Counted from the first letter of the stretch, positions 19,147-28,737 are shown. The stretch is 33,886 nt of DNA from an uncultured Pseudomonadota bacterium (GCA_902784285.1 CACZUL010000003.1:1-33886), one strand, 5' to 3'. Numbers and translations are program-made. Notes: generated by a model from the letters alone, not told the origin.

Positions 19147-19395
19147 ATGACACACGAAGATATTTGGCGCGCAATAGAAAAATTCGCAACCGAGCACGGA
19201 ATGTCGTGTTCCGGCCTGGCGCGGTGCAGTGGGTTGGACCCAACAACATTTAATAAAAGCAAACGTTGGACCAAAGAAGGCCAACCGCGTTGGCCATCGA
19301 CCAACAGTATTTCCAAGATTTTGTCTTCAACCGGATCGTCAATCCAGGATTTTACCAAATTCGTGGATGAAACCAATCAAAACCGAATCGGTTAA
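19147..19395 (+). CDS. Alphaproteobacterial phage-repressor-like HTH protein (no S24 domain)
   Basis: THEDIWRAIE...SGLARCSGLDPTTFNKSKR...RWPST.SISKIL. Confidence 0.85.
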   Translation: MTHEDIWRAIEKFATEHGMSCSGLARCSGLDPTTFNKSKRWTKEGQPRWPSTNSISKILSSTGSSIQDFTKFVDETNQNRIG

Positions 19396-19494
19396 AAAGA
19401 CAAAATGGGCCTCTCGACAGCTCTGCCGGCACGTATAAGCGTGCCGGCCCCTTTTTTATTGGACAGTTCGCAATTGTTTGTTTATTCTTGTAAT

Positions 19495-19914
19495 ATGTTA
19501 ACAGGAATTAGAATTTTTACATCTGACCCATATTGGCGTGGAATTGTATCAGATTTAAATGCTGTGGTGGTTGATAGTGTCAATTTGGCCGATGTTGATT
19601 TAGATTCTTTGGAATTAAACATTCCGGTAACACCATTAGAATTAAAATCTGCGGTTGTTTCCGCATTAGACAATACGAAAATATTGGAATCTGTGTTTGG
19701 GAAAATTGTGTCGCTATCCCCGATTCAAAGGCGAATAGTTGTTTATCTTAAAAAAAGTGGTGGTATGACGGCGGATGAATTAAAATCTGCTTTGGGTTAT
19801 GCCCAAGATACAACAACTCATACGGTTGACACGGTTATTTATGGATTACGTAAACTATTTGGTCGTGATTTTATAAAAAACGAAAACGGAATATTTAAAA
19901 TTGGCGGGATATAA
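19495..19914 (+). CDS. Winged-helix (OmpR-type C-terminal) domain protein with degenerate N-terminus
   Basis: LGYAQDTTTHTVDTVIYGLRK...IKNENGIFKI; leaderless promoter TGGACA-17-TATTCT. Confidence 0.75.
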   Translation: MLTGIRIFTSDPYWRGIVSDLNAVVVDSVNLADVDLDSLELNIPVTPLELKSAVVSALDNTKILESVFGKIVSLSPIQRRIVVYLKKSGGMTADELKSALGYAQDTTTHTVDTVIYGLRKLFGRDFIKNENGIFKIGGI

Positions 19915-20566
19915 AGTCTTATCTTTTGATAAAATATCCAGTACGCAAAACTATGCGCACGATATGATTATGGGTGGTACGGCAAGTGATCACACTGTTG
20001 TTTGTGCTGCGGCGCAATATGCCGGCCGTGGGCGTTATCGGCGTAAATGGGTTTCGCATCATGGAAATTTATATGCAAGTTTTATATTTAAAAGCCCTGA
20101 ACGTGATCCGCGGTTATCCTATGCTGTCGCGGTTGCCATAGTGGATACTCTTGCTTCTTATGGCATAGACGCCACGATAAAGTGGCCAAATGATATATTG
20201 TTGGATGGTAAAAAGGTTTCTGGGGTTCTGATAGAATATGCTGGGCGATTCGTTATTGTTGGAATTGGTATAAATGTCCATTCAAATCCAACTGTGGATG
20301 AATATAAAACCACAAAACTGGATAAATACGCTGAAATAGAATTGCCTGATTTATTATCGCAATTGGCAAAAAAACTGGACAAGTGGATTGGTGCCGAATT
20401 CGATTCGGTGCGCCGGTTTTGGATGGATTCTGCGATGGGGCTAAACGGTTTGGTAAAATATCGCGGTGAAATGGTTGAATTGGTCGGAATAAATGACAGT
20501 GGCGCATTGGTCGTGCGACGCGGTCCCGAGTATTTTTTGGTTCACGGTGATGAAATTTTAATGTAA
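19901..20566 (+). CDS. birA: Biotin--[acetyl-CoA-carboxylase] ligase
   Basis: SSTQ, QYAGRGRYRRKW, IKWPNDILLDGKKVSGVLIE, GIGIN. Confidence 0.95.
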   Translation: MAGYKVLSFDKISSTQNYAHDMIMGGTASDHTVVCAAAQYAGRGRYRRKWVSHHGNLYASFIFKSPERDPRLSYAVAVAIVDTLASYGIDATIKWPNDILLDGKKVSGVLIEYAGRFVIVGIGINVHSNPTVDEYKTTKLDKYAEIELPDLLSQLAKKLDKWIGAEFDSVRRFWMDSAMGLNGLVKYRGEMVELVGINDSGALVVRRGPEYFLVHGDEILM

Positions 20567-20603
20567 TGAAAAGCGCATTTTTCGGGCATCGTTTATAAAA
20601 TTC

Positions 20604-20710
20604 TTGACTTTTGATGCGATTTATGATACTATAAGCAACATCAAAAGAGAAATTTATATTCACACGTTGGTGTGAATTTTTTTATGCCGTACATCTGTGC
20701 GGTTTTTTCT
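20604..20710 (+). promoter_or_regulatory. Promoter of the phage-like cluster with inverted-repeat operator and terminator-like leader hairpins
   Basis: TTGACT-17-TACTAT; CTTTTGATG/CATCAAAAG inverted repeat; ATTCACAC-GTTG-GTGTGAAT plus T-run; GCCGTACA-TC-TGTGCGGT plus T-run. Confidence 0.6.
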
Positions 20711-20730
20711 TTGCCCAAAAAGGAAGAGAG

Positions 20731-21141
20731 ATGAATCTGGATTTAATAAAAGCACAAAGCGAGACTATGACTTTGGCATATCGAATCGCACATATTGTTT
20801 ATGCTGAAACGCATGCGCGTTCATTGCGGGTGGTCGAAGCATTAACATCCATGATTTCAAATTATGCCAAAAAAAATAATCGTAATGTTTGTGATGTAAT
20901 ATCTGATGAAACAATATTCGAATCATTAAACAAAAACTCACCGCGGCATCAAGACTTAAAAACTAATTCCAATTCACGTGAATTTCAAATGTGTGTAAGA
21001 GTAGCGATTCGTATGTTGCATGGTAATTTACCAGACTTATGTTACGGGGCAACCATGTTTCATCGTGTTGAATTATTGCCAAATTGGGCGCTGGCACGTG
21101 GATATATCGCCGATATAGATGGATTTTTATTTTATGCATAA
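20731..21141 (+). CDS. Cell wall hydrolase (SleB/Hydrolase_2-like), candidate lysin
   Basis: IAHIVYAE (catalytic Glu motif), GATMFH, PNWA, C-terminal FY. Confidence 0.7.
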   Translation: MNLDLIKAQSETMTLAYRIAHIVYAETHARSLRVVEALTSMISNYAKKNNRNVCDVISDETIFESLNKNSPRHQDLKTNSNSREFQMCVRVAIRMLHGNLPDLCYGATMFHRVELLPNWALARGYIADIDGFLFYA

Positions 21142-21163
21142 TATTTTTATTTAAGGTTTGTCT

Positions 21164-21352
21164 ATGAGCAAATTTATTAGTGGCGGTTTTTTTGCAAATC
21201 GTAAAACACAAATTATGACTGTGGTTGGAATAATATCAGCAATATGTGCATATCTTGTTGGCGATTCGGATTTATTCGCTATGATTCAGGCGTTGCTTGC
21301 GGTTGGCGGAGTTTACATGTTGCATAAATCAAAACAAAACAAAGGAAAATAA
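21164..21352 (+). CDS. Small two-TM protein, holin candidate
   Basis: Two hydrophobic helices, basic C-terminus, next to the hydrolase. Confidence 0.5.
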   Translation: MSKFISGGFFANRKTQIMTVVGIISAICAYLVGDSDLFAMIQALLAVGGVYMLHKSKQNKGK

Positions 21353-21353
21353 T

Positions 21354-22010
21354 ATGGAAAACATACCAGAAAAATTTCGTAAAGAAGATGGAACGTTGAA
21401 TGCGGATGCGCTTATAAAATCCTATACAGAATTAGAAAAGAAAATTGGAACTATGGTTTCTGTGCCAAATGAAAAATCTGACGAATCGGCTGTGTTGCGC
21501 TTTCGCCGTGCAATTGGCGTTCCAGATGTGCCAGATGAATATCCAAGAAATGATATGTTTGATAATGAAAATGTACGACAAGAATTTCATAAAATTGGTT
21601 TAACAAAAAATCAGGTTGAAAAAATTTATGACATTGCACAAAAATTTTTATCACCGGTTGTGGATGAAATTTTATCTGTTGAACAAGAATCAAATGCGAT
21701 GTCAGAATTAAAAAAATTTTTTGGCGATGATGAAAAAATGCATGATGCATTTATTGCAATTAAATCATTTGGGGAAAGATTTTTACCCGCAGATGCATTT
21801 AATGAATTATGCTCTACACCCCAGGGAATACAAGGTATATATAAGATGATGCAATCCATGGAACCATCGGTTCAAACAGATTCTTCTGATATGAAAATTT
21901 TATCTGATGATGATTTGCGACGTATGATGCGTGATCCAAAATATTGGCGCGATCATGATGCGGAATATGTTCGCAAAATAGAAAACGGATTTAAAAAATT
22001 ATACTCGTGA
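21354..22010 (+). CDS. Capsid assembly scaffolding protein
   Basis: IPEKF...ALIKSYTELEKKIG, GVPDVPDEY, LRRMMRDPKYWRDHD; upstream of the capsid gene. Confidence 0.75.
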   Translation: MENIPEKFRKEDGTLNADALIKSYTELEKKIGTMVSVPNEKSDESAVLRFRRAIGVPDVPDEYPRNDMFDNENVRQEFHKIGLTKNQVEKIYDIAQKFLSPVVDEILSVEQESNAMSELKKFFGDDEKMHDAFIAIKSFGERFLPADAFNELCSTPQGIQGIYKMMQSMEPSVQTDSSDMKILSDDDLRRMMRDPKYWRDHDAEYVRKIENGFKKLYS

Positions 22011-22126
22011 TGCAATTTTTTTTATAACAAACAACTTTTCTTCTTTACTAATTTTTTTCTTTAATATAAAATGCAATCAAGAACAAAAAGAATTTGTTCT
22101 ATCCAAAAACATAAAAGGAGAGAAGG

Positions 22127-22402
22127 ATGGCATTCACATTCTTGAAAACTGCGGCAAAAAAACCTGCTGCTAAAAAACCTGCGGCAAAAAAACCTGCTGC
22201 TAAGAAACCTGCGGCAAAGAAACCTGCTGCTAAAAAAGTTGCTGCTAAAAAGCCAGTTGCTAAGAAAGTAGTTGCAAAGAAACCTGCTGCTAAGAAAGTA
22301 GCGGTTAAAAAAGTTGCTGCTAAGAAACCGGTTGCAAAGAAAACAGTTGCAAAAAAACCGGCTGCTAAGAAAGCATGTGCAAAATGTGCCAAGAAAAAAT
22401 AA
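22127..22402 (+). CDS. Histone H1-like Lys/Ala-rich DNA-binding protein (AKKPA repeats)
   Basis: About 14 pentapeptide AKK(P/V)(A/V) repeats; strong SD; own promoter-like site and terminator. Confidence 0.85.
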   Translation: MAFTFLKTAAKKPAAKKPAAKKPAAKKPAAKKPAAKKVAAKKPVAKKVVAKKPAAKKVAVKKVAAKKPVAKKTVAKKPAAKKACAKCAKKK

Positions 22403-22421
22403 TGGCATCGCACTAAACATA

Positions 22422-22498
22422 TAAAATGCCCGTTTATCGGGCATTTTTTATTGTTGAAAAATTTCAGTCAGATATTTTTTGTCTGACTGAATTTTTTC
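22422..22498 (+). terminator. Two tandem hairpins upstream of the capsid gene
   Basis: AAAATGCCCG-TTTAT-CGGGCATTTTTT and TTCAGTCAGA-loop-TCTGACTGAA plus T-run. Confidence 0.7.
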
Positions 22499-22627
22499 CT
22501 TGGACAATCCACTATATGGATCCATTTAATTTATTTTTGGCGCCGTACACGGCATAACCATAAATAGATTTTGGGTTGGACGATATGATTCGTCTTGTTT
22601 TTAATCTTAAATAAAAAAGGAATAATA

Positions 22628-23446
22628 ATGTCTGTTTCCATAGATCAAGTATTTGTGAAACAATTTGAAGCGGATGTTCATCTTGCATACCAGCAGATGG
22701 GCACAAAACTGCGTTCTACGATTCGCAGTAAATCTGGTGTTGTTGGGGCAACCACAACATTTCAAAAAATAGGCAAGGGCACAGCCAGTACCAAATCACG
22801 TCATGGCATTGTTCCGGTTATGAATCTAAATCATACGCCGGTTGAATGTACATTACAAGATTACTATGCCGGTGATTGGGTTGATGCCTTGGATGAATTG
22901 AAAATCAATATTGACGAACGCCGTGTGGTTGCATCTGCGGGTGCGTATGCCTTGGGTCGTAAAACCGATGAATTGATTGTTGGGGCTATGAATAATGCAA
23001 CGAATTACGTTGGTGATTATTCAACTGGTCTTACCAAAACGGTGATTTTAAGCGCATTGGAAAAATTAAATGAAAACGATGTGCCAGATGATGGGCGCAG
23101 ATTCGCAGTTGTTGGCGTAAAGCAATGGAACGAATTATTGGGTATAACCGAATTTTCTTCCGCGGATTATGTCGGCGACAATATGCCGTTTATCAATGGT
23201 TGTGAAACACGGAAATGGCTTGGCATTACATGGGTTATGTATAACGATTTGCCACTTGCTTCATCCACACATCGTGATTGCTTTATCTATCACGCATCCA
23301 GTATCGGTCATGCCTGTGGTCAGGAAGTAAAGACTGATATTACATGGCATGGTGAACGCGCTGCGCACTTTATCAGCAACAGCATGTCTCAAGGTGCGGT
23401 TCTGATTGATAATGATGGAATTGTACGTGTTAAATGCGGTGAATAA
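22628..23446 (+). CDS. Major capsid protein (BPP-1-like/Rhodospirillales-type podovirus capsid), 272 aa
   Basis: IDQVFVKQFEADVHLAYQQMGTKLR, DWVDALDELK, AYALGRKTDELI, DVPDDGRR, KWLG. Confidence 0.88.
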   Translation: MSVSIDQVFVKQFEADVHLAYQQMGTKLRSTIRSKSGVVGATTTFQKIGKGTASTKSRHGIVPVMNLNHTPVECTLQDYYAGDWVDALDELKINIDERRVVASAGAYALGRKTDELIVGAMNNATNYVGDYSTGLTKTVILSALEKLNENDVPDDGRRFAVVGVKQWNELLGITEFSSADYVGDNMPFINGCETRKWLGITWVMYNDLPLASSTHRDCFIYHASSIGHACGQEVKTDITWHGERAAHFISNSMSQGAVLIDNDGIVRVKCGE

Positions 23447-23470
23447 AACAAATAGTTCAAGGGGTAAAAA

Positions 23471-23701
23471 ATGGCTTTTCAAAATAAAAATTTATCTGTG
23501 ATTGCGTATGCTAATGGTTTTACATTATGGCATTATGCCGCCAATGAAACATTGGCAACCATCACGGCAAGTGGATACTTCAACGCGGTGAAAACATTGA
23601 TGAACACCGGCGATATGATTTTGATCAATGCATCCGACAAAACATCAATCAAAAAGATTGCTGTGGGTGATAGTGCGGTTACAACCGCAGCATTGGATTA
23701 G
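23471..23701 (+). CDS. Small virion-associated protein (possible capsid decoration protein)
   Basis: LSVIAYANGFTLWHY...SGYFN...GDMIL; directly after the capsid gene; role inferred. Confidence 0.7.
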   Translation: MAFQNKNLSVIAYANGFTLWHYAANETLATITASGYFNAVKTLMNTGDMILINASDKTSIKKIAVGDSAVTTAALD

Positions 23702-23723
23702 TTCCTTGTTTGTTTGTACCAAT

Positions 23724-23752
23724 AAAAGGGGGTATTGTATAACCCCCTTTAC
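23724..23752 (+). terminator. Intrinsic terminator between head and tail genes
   Basis: AAAAGGGG...CCCCTTTT followed by T-rich tract. Confidence 0.6.
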
Positions 23753-23771
23753 TTTTGTTTAGGGGGAAATA

Positions 23772-24290
23772 ATGTTAACTAAAATAGATTTATGCTCTAT
23801 GGCATTGTTAAAACTGGGCGAAAACCCGATTCAATCTTTGTCAGATGATACGGTCGCGGCAAAATTGGGACGCACCTTGATAGACTTTGTCATAGATACA
23901 CTGTTGGCGATGCATCCGTGGAAATTTGCTTGTCGCGAATACACTATATTGAAAGACGAAAATGGAAATTTGAATATTCCATCAGATGTTTTACGCGTTA
24001 TCAAGACCGATGCGCGTATAATTGAAAATAAAATAATATCCGATTCTGATTCAGTGAAAATCATTGCAATTCGGCGCATGTTACCAGATTCGTTTCCAAG
24101 TTATTTTTCATCTGTTGTTTCAACAAAATTAGCTATGGAATTCTGCATACCATTGACATCTGATCAATCTGTGTTCAGAACATTGGTTGCTTTATACGAA
24201 TCAGAATTACAAACTGCAAAATTTATAGACAGTACAACATCGATAAATTCTGCAATAGAGAACTTTTCGTTACTGGATAGCCGCTTTTAA
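23772..24290 (+). CDS. Tail tubular protein A / adaptor (T7 gp11-like)
   Basis: IDLCSMALLKLGENPIQSL, HPWKFA, PSDVLRVI, AKFIDS. Confidence 0.8.
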   Translation: MLTKIDLCSMALLKLGENPIQSLSDDTVAAKLGRTLIDFVIDTLLAMHPWKFACREYTILKDENGNLNIPSDVLRVIKTDARIIENKIISDSDSVKIIAIRRMLPDSFPSYFSSVVSTKLAMEFCIPLTSDQSVFRTLVALYESELQTAKFIDSTTSINSAIENFSLLDSRF

Positions 24291-24301
24291 AAGGATAACT
24301 T

Positions 24302-26008
24302 ATGGGAAATTTTATCAAAACACAAACATCGTTTGCCGATGGTGAAGTTTCATCGGATTTTTTTGCTAACCAGAATTTACACGGGCTTGCGCGACTAGAA
24401 AATATGGATATTATACCTGGGGGCGGTTTGCGTCGAAGACCCGGATTAAAAAAAATTTCTAAATTACCGTCAGGAGCACGACTGATACATTTTTCGGTTT
24501 CTGAAAATGAAACATATGTTTTGGCATTAATGAACGGGATGGCGCGTATGTTTCGCGGAGATTCGTTCGTTCAAGATTTTTTCACACCGTGGTCTTTGAA
24601 TGATTTGGAACTGTTACAATATGCGGAACGTATCGGTACAATGATTTTTGTACATCCAAATCATAAACCAAAGATATTATCACGAAATAATGGTGTGTTC
24701 GGTCTTACGGATTTTGCGTTTAGTTCATCTGATGGCGGTTCCAATATAGATATGCCATTTATGCGGTTTGAAGATTCGGAAAATATAAGTATAACAATTA
24801 CAGCATCAAATAATGTTAATCACCTGAATACAAACCAAGATTTTTGGACCGCCGATAATGTTGGAGGTCATGTATCGCTGGTTGGAAAAACATGGTTAAT
24901 CACATCGTATATTGGGCCACGCGATGTTGTTGCGGTATGTAATGGTATATTTACAAACCCGAATGCCCCAGTGTCAGATTGGCAAGAAGCGGTGTTTAGT
25001 CCACGCCGTGGGTGGCCCATCAGTATCACATTTCATCAAGACAGGTTAGTTTTTGGTGGTTCAAAATCTTGGCCTGGTGGAGTATGGATGTCATGCGTTG
25101 GCGATCATACAAACTTTAATGTTGGGACTGGTTTAGACGACCAGGCAATATATTTCACATTGTTGTCATCTCGTCGTCAACATATATGCACTTTGGTTAG
25201 TTGCGAAAATCTGCAGATTCTTACATCCCAAGGCGAATGGGCGGTTTCAAATAAACCACTTACACCAGAATCAGTGGATATAAAAATGCATACCACAATC
25301 GGGTGTGCCGCCGATAGGTATTTACCACCACAAGAAATGGATGGCGCAACAGTTTTTGTTTCCAATAATAAACAAGATATACGTCAAATGGTCTTGGATG
25401 ATTGGGGACAAAATTATAAAGCAAATAATTTATGCGCGTTGGCAGAACACATGATGCAAACGCCGGTTGATATCGCATATAACAAAACAGATAAAAAACT
25501 TTTTGTTGTTATGTCAAACGGCAATATGGCTGTGTTAAACAGAAATATAGCATTGGGTATTTCAGGGTGGGCACATTACACAACAGACGGTTATTTCCGA
25601 GCAATTACTGTATCAGATAATGATACCTATGTTGTTGTGGAACGTGATTTAGAATTTTTCTTGGAAAAGTTTTCTTATGATGAACTGGTTGATGCCGGGA
25701 ACAAACCTTATACATCATTGGCATATGGAACTCCAATAATGACATCAGGACATAATGCAAAATACATAAGAATTACCAAAATAATTGCTCGTATGAATAA
25801 TTCCAAGACATTATTCATAAATAATATGCGAGCCGTATTTCCGACAGAAATTTATTCTGATGACGCACCGGCCTTTTCGGGCGATATATCTATGAATGTT
25901 TTAGGAACACTAAAAGATATGGTGGATTCACCTTGGGAAATATCTACAAATGATGAATTACCAATGACCGTCTTATCCATAACAATATATGGACGGTACC
26001 AAATATAA
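24302..26008 (+). CDS. Tail tubular protein B / nozzle (T7 gp12-like)
   Basis: QTSFADGEVS, GGLRRRPGL, RGWP.SITFHQDRLVFGGS, NFNVGTGLDDQAI, GWAH. Confidence 0.82.
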   Translation: MGNFIKTQTSFADGEVSSDFFANQNLHGLARLENMDIIPGGGLRRRPGLKKISKLPSGARLIHFSVSENETYVLALMNGMARMFRGDSFVQDFFTPWSLNDLELLQYAERIGTMIFVHPNHKPKILSRNNGVFGLTDFAFSSSDGGSNIDMPFMRFEDSENISITITASNNVNHLNTNQDFWTADNVGGHVSLVGKTWLITSYIGPRDVVAVCNGIFTNPNAPVSDWQEAVFSPRRGWPISITFHQDRLVFGGSKSWPGGVWMSCVGDHTNFNVGTGLDDQAIYFTLLSSRRQHICTLVSCENLQILTSQGEWAVSNKPLTPESVDIKMHTTIGCAADRYLPPQEMDGATVFVSNNKQDIRQMVLDDWGQNYKANNLCALAEHMMQTPVDIAYNKTDKKLFVVMSNGNMAVLNRNIALGISGWAHYTTDGYFRAITVSDNDTYVVVERDLEFFLEKFSYDELVDAGNKPYTSLAYGTPIMTSGHNAKYIRITKIIARMNNSKTLFINNMRAVFPTEIYSDDAPAFSGDISMNVLGTLKDMVDSPWEISTNDELPMTVLSITIYGRYQI

Positions 26009-26026
26009 AAAATAAAAGGATATATA

Positions 26027-26374
26027 ATGGGACAAATTATTTCAGATGTTACAGATGTTTTAAATTATCAAGATGACAAGAAAAAAGCCAAATCTACGCA
26101 AAAGGAAATATTGGCACAAATGTCATCTGATAAAATTGCCAAACAAAATCTGGTTAATAAAGTTTTGGCGACCCAGCGCGCAAAATACGGCGCATCGGGG
26201 ATGAAAAATGGCGGACAAACAGAAGACGCGGTTTTGAAAAGATTAAAAAATGAAACCGAAGAACCATATAAAGAAAAAATGCGAAACAATTTGAATAAAT
26301 TAAAAAATGCACGCGCCAAGAAAAAAAATCTGTTGTTATCAGCATTAGAACACATGGAAAAATTGGTCAAATAG
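26027..26374 (+). CDS. Putative internal virion (ejection) protein
   Basis: LATQRAKYGASG motif; helical; positioned after the tail tube genes. Confidence 0.5.
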   Translation: MGQIISDVTDVLNYQDDKKKAKSTQKEILAQMSSDKIAKQNLVNKVLATQRAKYGASGMKNGGQTEDAVLKRLKNETEEPYKEKMRNNLNKLKNARAKKKNLLLSALEHMEKLVK

Positions 26375-26375
26375 T

Positions 26376-26969
26376 ATGAGTGAATATAACCAGTTCCTGG
26401 ATGCGTGGAATCATCTGCTGGGGCTGAATACGCCATCACATCATCACAGAATGACAGATTTTTTAACGGATGTTTTAAATAATGGAAATCATCGTGGTTT
26501 ACTGATGGCGTTTCGGCATTCAGGAAAATCGACAATTGTTGGAATATTTGCTACATGTGTTCTGTTTTTACGACCCCAAACGCGAATTCTTATTTTATCC
26601 GCCCAAACACACCAAGCGTCCCGGATGGTGATGCATATACGCAACATCCTTGAAAACCATCCATGGTGCCAAGATATGATACCTAAAAATCGTCGTGAAT
26701 GGGCGGAAAATAAAATAACAATAAATCGCCCGATTGGTATACGCGAACCGTCAGTTGTGTGCCAAGGAATATATGGAAATATTACAGGTATGCGGGCGGA
26801 TTTGATAATATGCGATGATGTAGAGGTTCCAAATACATGTAACACTTCACAGAAACGCATCGCGTTGCGCGAAAGATTACGCGAATTGGATTTTGTGCTG
26901 TCGCCTTCGGGAACAATGATTTACATTGGTACCCCGCATACACTAGATACAATATACAGAACAGCCTAG
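26376..26969 (+). CDS. Large terminase, N-terminal ATPase half
   Basis: Walker A AFRHSGKST, ITGMRADLIICDDVE Walker B, coupling motif YIGTPH, then stop. Confidence 0.88.
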   Translation: MSEYNQFLDAWNHLLGLNTPSHHHRMTDFLTDVLNNGNHRGLLMAFRHSGKSTIVGIFATCVLFLRPQTRILILSAQTHQASRMVMHIRNILENHPWCQDMIPKNRREWAENKITINRPIGIREPSVVCQGIYGNITGMRADLIICDDVEVPNTCNTSQKRIALRERLRELDFVLSPSGTMIYIGTPHTLDTIYRTA

Positions 26970-26974
26970 GAATC

Positions 26975-27622
26975 TTATTCTTGGGTCGGCATTGAACTTG
27001 TAATTTTATGCAATTGTTGCAATATTTTTTTGCCGTCATCGCCAAACATTGGTAAATAGGTTTCGTATTCTGGCATCTCGACCTGAAGTTGTGCGCGTAC
27101 GCGATCGTTTATGGGCGCATTTATAATCTCGGTGGCTTGGTCTAAAACACGGTAGGCCTGCTGGGCCCGGACAATCATATCAAATTTTCGTAATTTGTCG
27201 GGTTGGGTATTCAAAGCATGTTTTATGCCGGTAATCCAATCGGAACCGAAAGTTTTGATAATTGGCAAATCCATAAATTTTTCAAGACTTTCCTGATTGG
27301 GTTCAAATTCATCAATTGCCGAAATAAGTGAATCAATTTCATCTTGGGATACATCACCGGCCCCAGTTATACTGTCCATCATACCACCATAGGGTAACAA
27401 TTCACGGGCAATGGAATTCATTGATGTTGTTCCATCGCGCAAGTTCTTGATATGTTGAACCAATAATTTGCCAGTTGGCAAATCAAGTATTTCTTTCAAA
27501 ACTTCGTCTGTGGCCTCGTCAACGAATACACGATTTACCGCCCCCCAACCACCTTCGATAACGTGGGCTTGGCGGTATAAATTTAGAAGTTTTTGTGCGA
27601 TAACGTTTGCTCTGGCTTTCAT
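26975..27622 (-). CDS. Hypothetical protein (215 aa)
   Basis: ORF downstream of the XRE regulator; GGAGG SD. Confidence 0.8.
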   Translation of the reverse strand: MKARANVIAQKLLNLYRQAHVIEGGWGAVNRVFVDEATDEVLKEILDLPTGKLLVQHIKNLRDGTTSMNSIARELLPYGGMMDSITGAGDVSQDEIDSLISAIDEFEPNQESLEKFMDLPIIKTFGSDWITGIKHALNTQPDKLRKFDMIVRAQQAYRVLDQATEIINAPINDRVRAQLQVEMPEYETYLPMFGDDGKKILQQLHKITSSMPTQE

Positions 27623-27649
27623 CTCGTTTCATCCCTCCGTTGGTCGTGT

Positions 27650-28660
27650 TTATTCGGTAATAATCATAATAACCTTATGCATGGTCTTGGCAGAAATTTT
27701 TTCTTCTGGGGATACCATTTGACCATATATTTTGCCCTTGGAATCTTGGCGAACAATTGCGATATTTGCGTTTAAAGTCTGATCTTCACCCAATGATTTA
27801 AAATCGGCATCGATGAAGACCGCCAAATCACCGACAACTGGGGCAGATTTAACATCAGCAAAAACATAAGATTTTTCTGGGATAAATCCACCAAGGCGTT
27901 TGGAATTTGGAACAACGGCATACACACCACGTCTGCCTTCAAGGCTTGCAGGGGCCGGAATCATAGTTGTATCAGATTTCTTGAACGCGATGCCTTTTCC
28001 TTCGGGTTTTCCAAACACAGGAACCAATTTTTTGCGTGCATTATCATACAATTTGGCACCATATAAATGGCCAGACATATCGCCCAAATCGGCCGAAGAA
28101 TCGCCCGGAACCAATACAGCCTTGACCCGTTCTTTTACCTTGTTCATTTGTTTGTTTAATTCTCCAGATTTATATAAATCTGCGATTTTATCAAACATGC
28201 TATCCACAGAGTGAGCGAACGAGCGCGCCAAAGGTTCAATTTCATTTTTATACACTTCGCGTTGGCCGACTTCGATTTTATGATATACCGAAAGTGTCAT
28301 GCCGGCATCTTTTGCCGCCTGGGCAATAGTTTTTCCGGCCTGTTGACGGATTTTGCGCAGACCACTTCCAAATATCTTAAGACCGCTGTCTTCGTTGTCG
28401 TTCATACGGCGTTTAATTTCGTTTTGCCATTTTGTTGCGACTTCGTCTGTATCTTTGATAAATATATCGGACAGTTTGCAACCCAATATGTTACAGATGT
28501 TAAGCAATTGTTTCTGATTCAGCCGGCGAACACCTTTTTCAATTTTTGAAACCGCCGATAAAGACAGATTTGAACGCCGCGCAAGTTCGGTCATCTTCAT
28601 ACCCGCCGCCAGACGAATGTTACGTATATTGTTTGGAAAAATGATTTCTTCTTGGGCCAT
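27650..28660 (-). CDS. Double XRE-HTH transcriptional regulator with degenerate S24-like C-terminal domain
   Basis: Two HTH_3-like units (IRNIR...LSAVSKIEKG; LRKIRQQAG...YHKIEVG); LVPVFG...YAVV...PVVGDLAV. Confidence 0.85.
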   Translation of the reverse strand: MAQEEIIFPNNIRNIRLAAGMKMTELARRSNLSLSAVSKIEKGVRRLNQKQLLNICNILGCKLSDIFIKDTDEVATKWQNEIKRRMNDNEDSGLKIFGSGLRKIRQQAGKTIAQAAKDAGMTLSVYHKIEVGQREVYKNEIEPLARSFAHSVDSMFDKIADLYKSGELNKQMNKVKERVKAVLVPGDSSADLGDMSGHLYGAKLYDNARKKLVPVFGKPEGKGIAFKKSDTTMIPAPASLEGRRGVYAVVPNSKRLGGFIPEKSYVFADVKSAPVVGDLAVFIDADFKSLGEDQTLNANIAIVRQDSKGKIYGQMVSPEEKISAKTMHKVIMIITE

Positions 28661-28682
28661 ATCAAACTCCTTGGGATAAATC

Positions 28683-28719
28683 TTGACAAAATAATAGTCA
28701 AATTTAGAAAACTTGGCAA
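28683..28719 (-). promoter_or_regulatory. XRE gene promoter with overlapping TTGAC-N9-GTCAA palindrome
   Basis: TTGCCA-17-TATTAT on the minus strand; inverted repeat at 28683-28701 covers the -10. Confidence 0.6.
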
Positions 28720-28737
28720 GAAAATAATTTAAAAAAA

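Noticed and set aside
22061-22444. Minus-strand Phe/Ala-rich ORFs (127 and 104 aa)
   Set aside because: Reverse complement of the AKKPA repeat gene.
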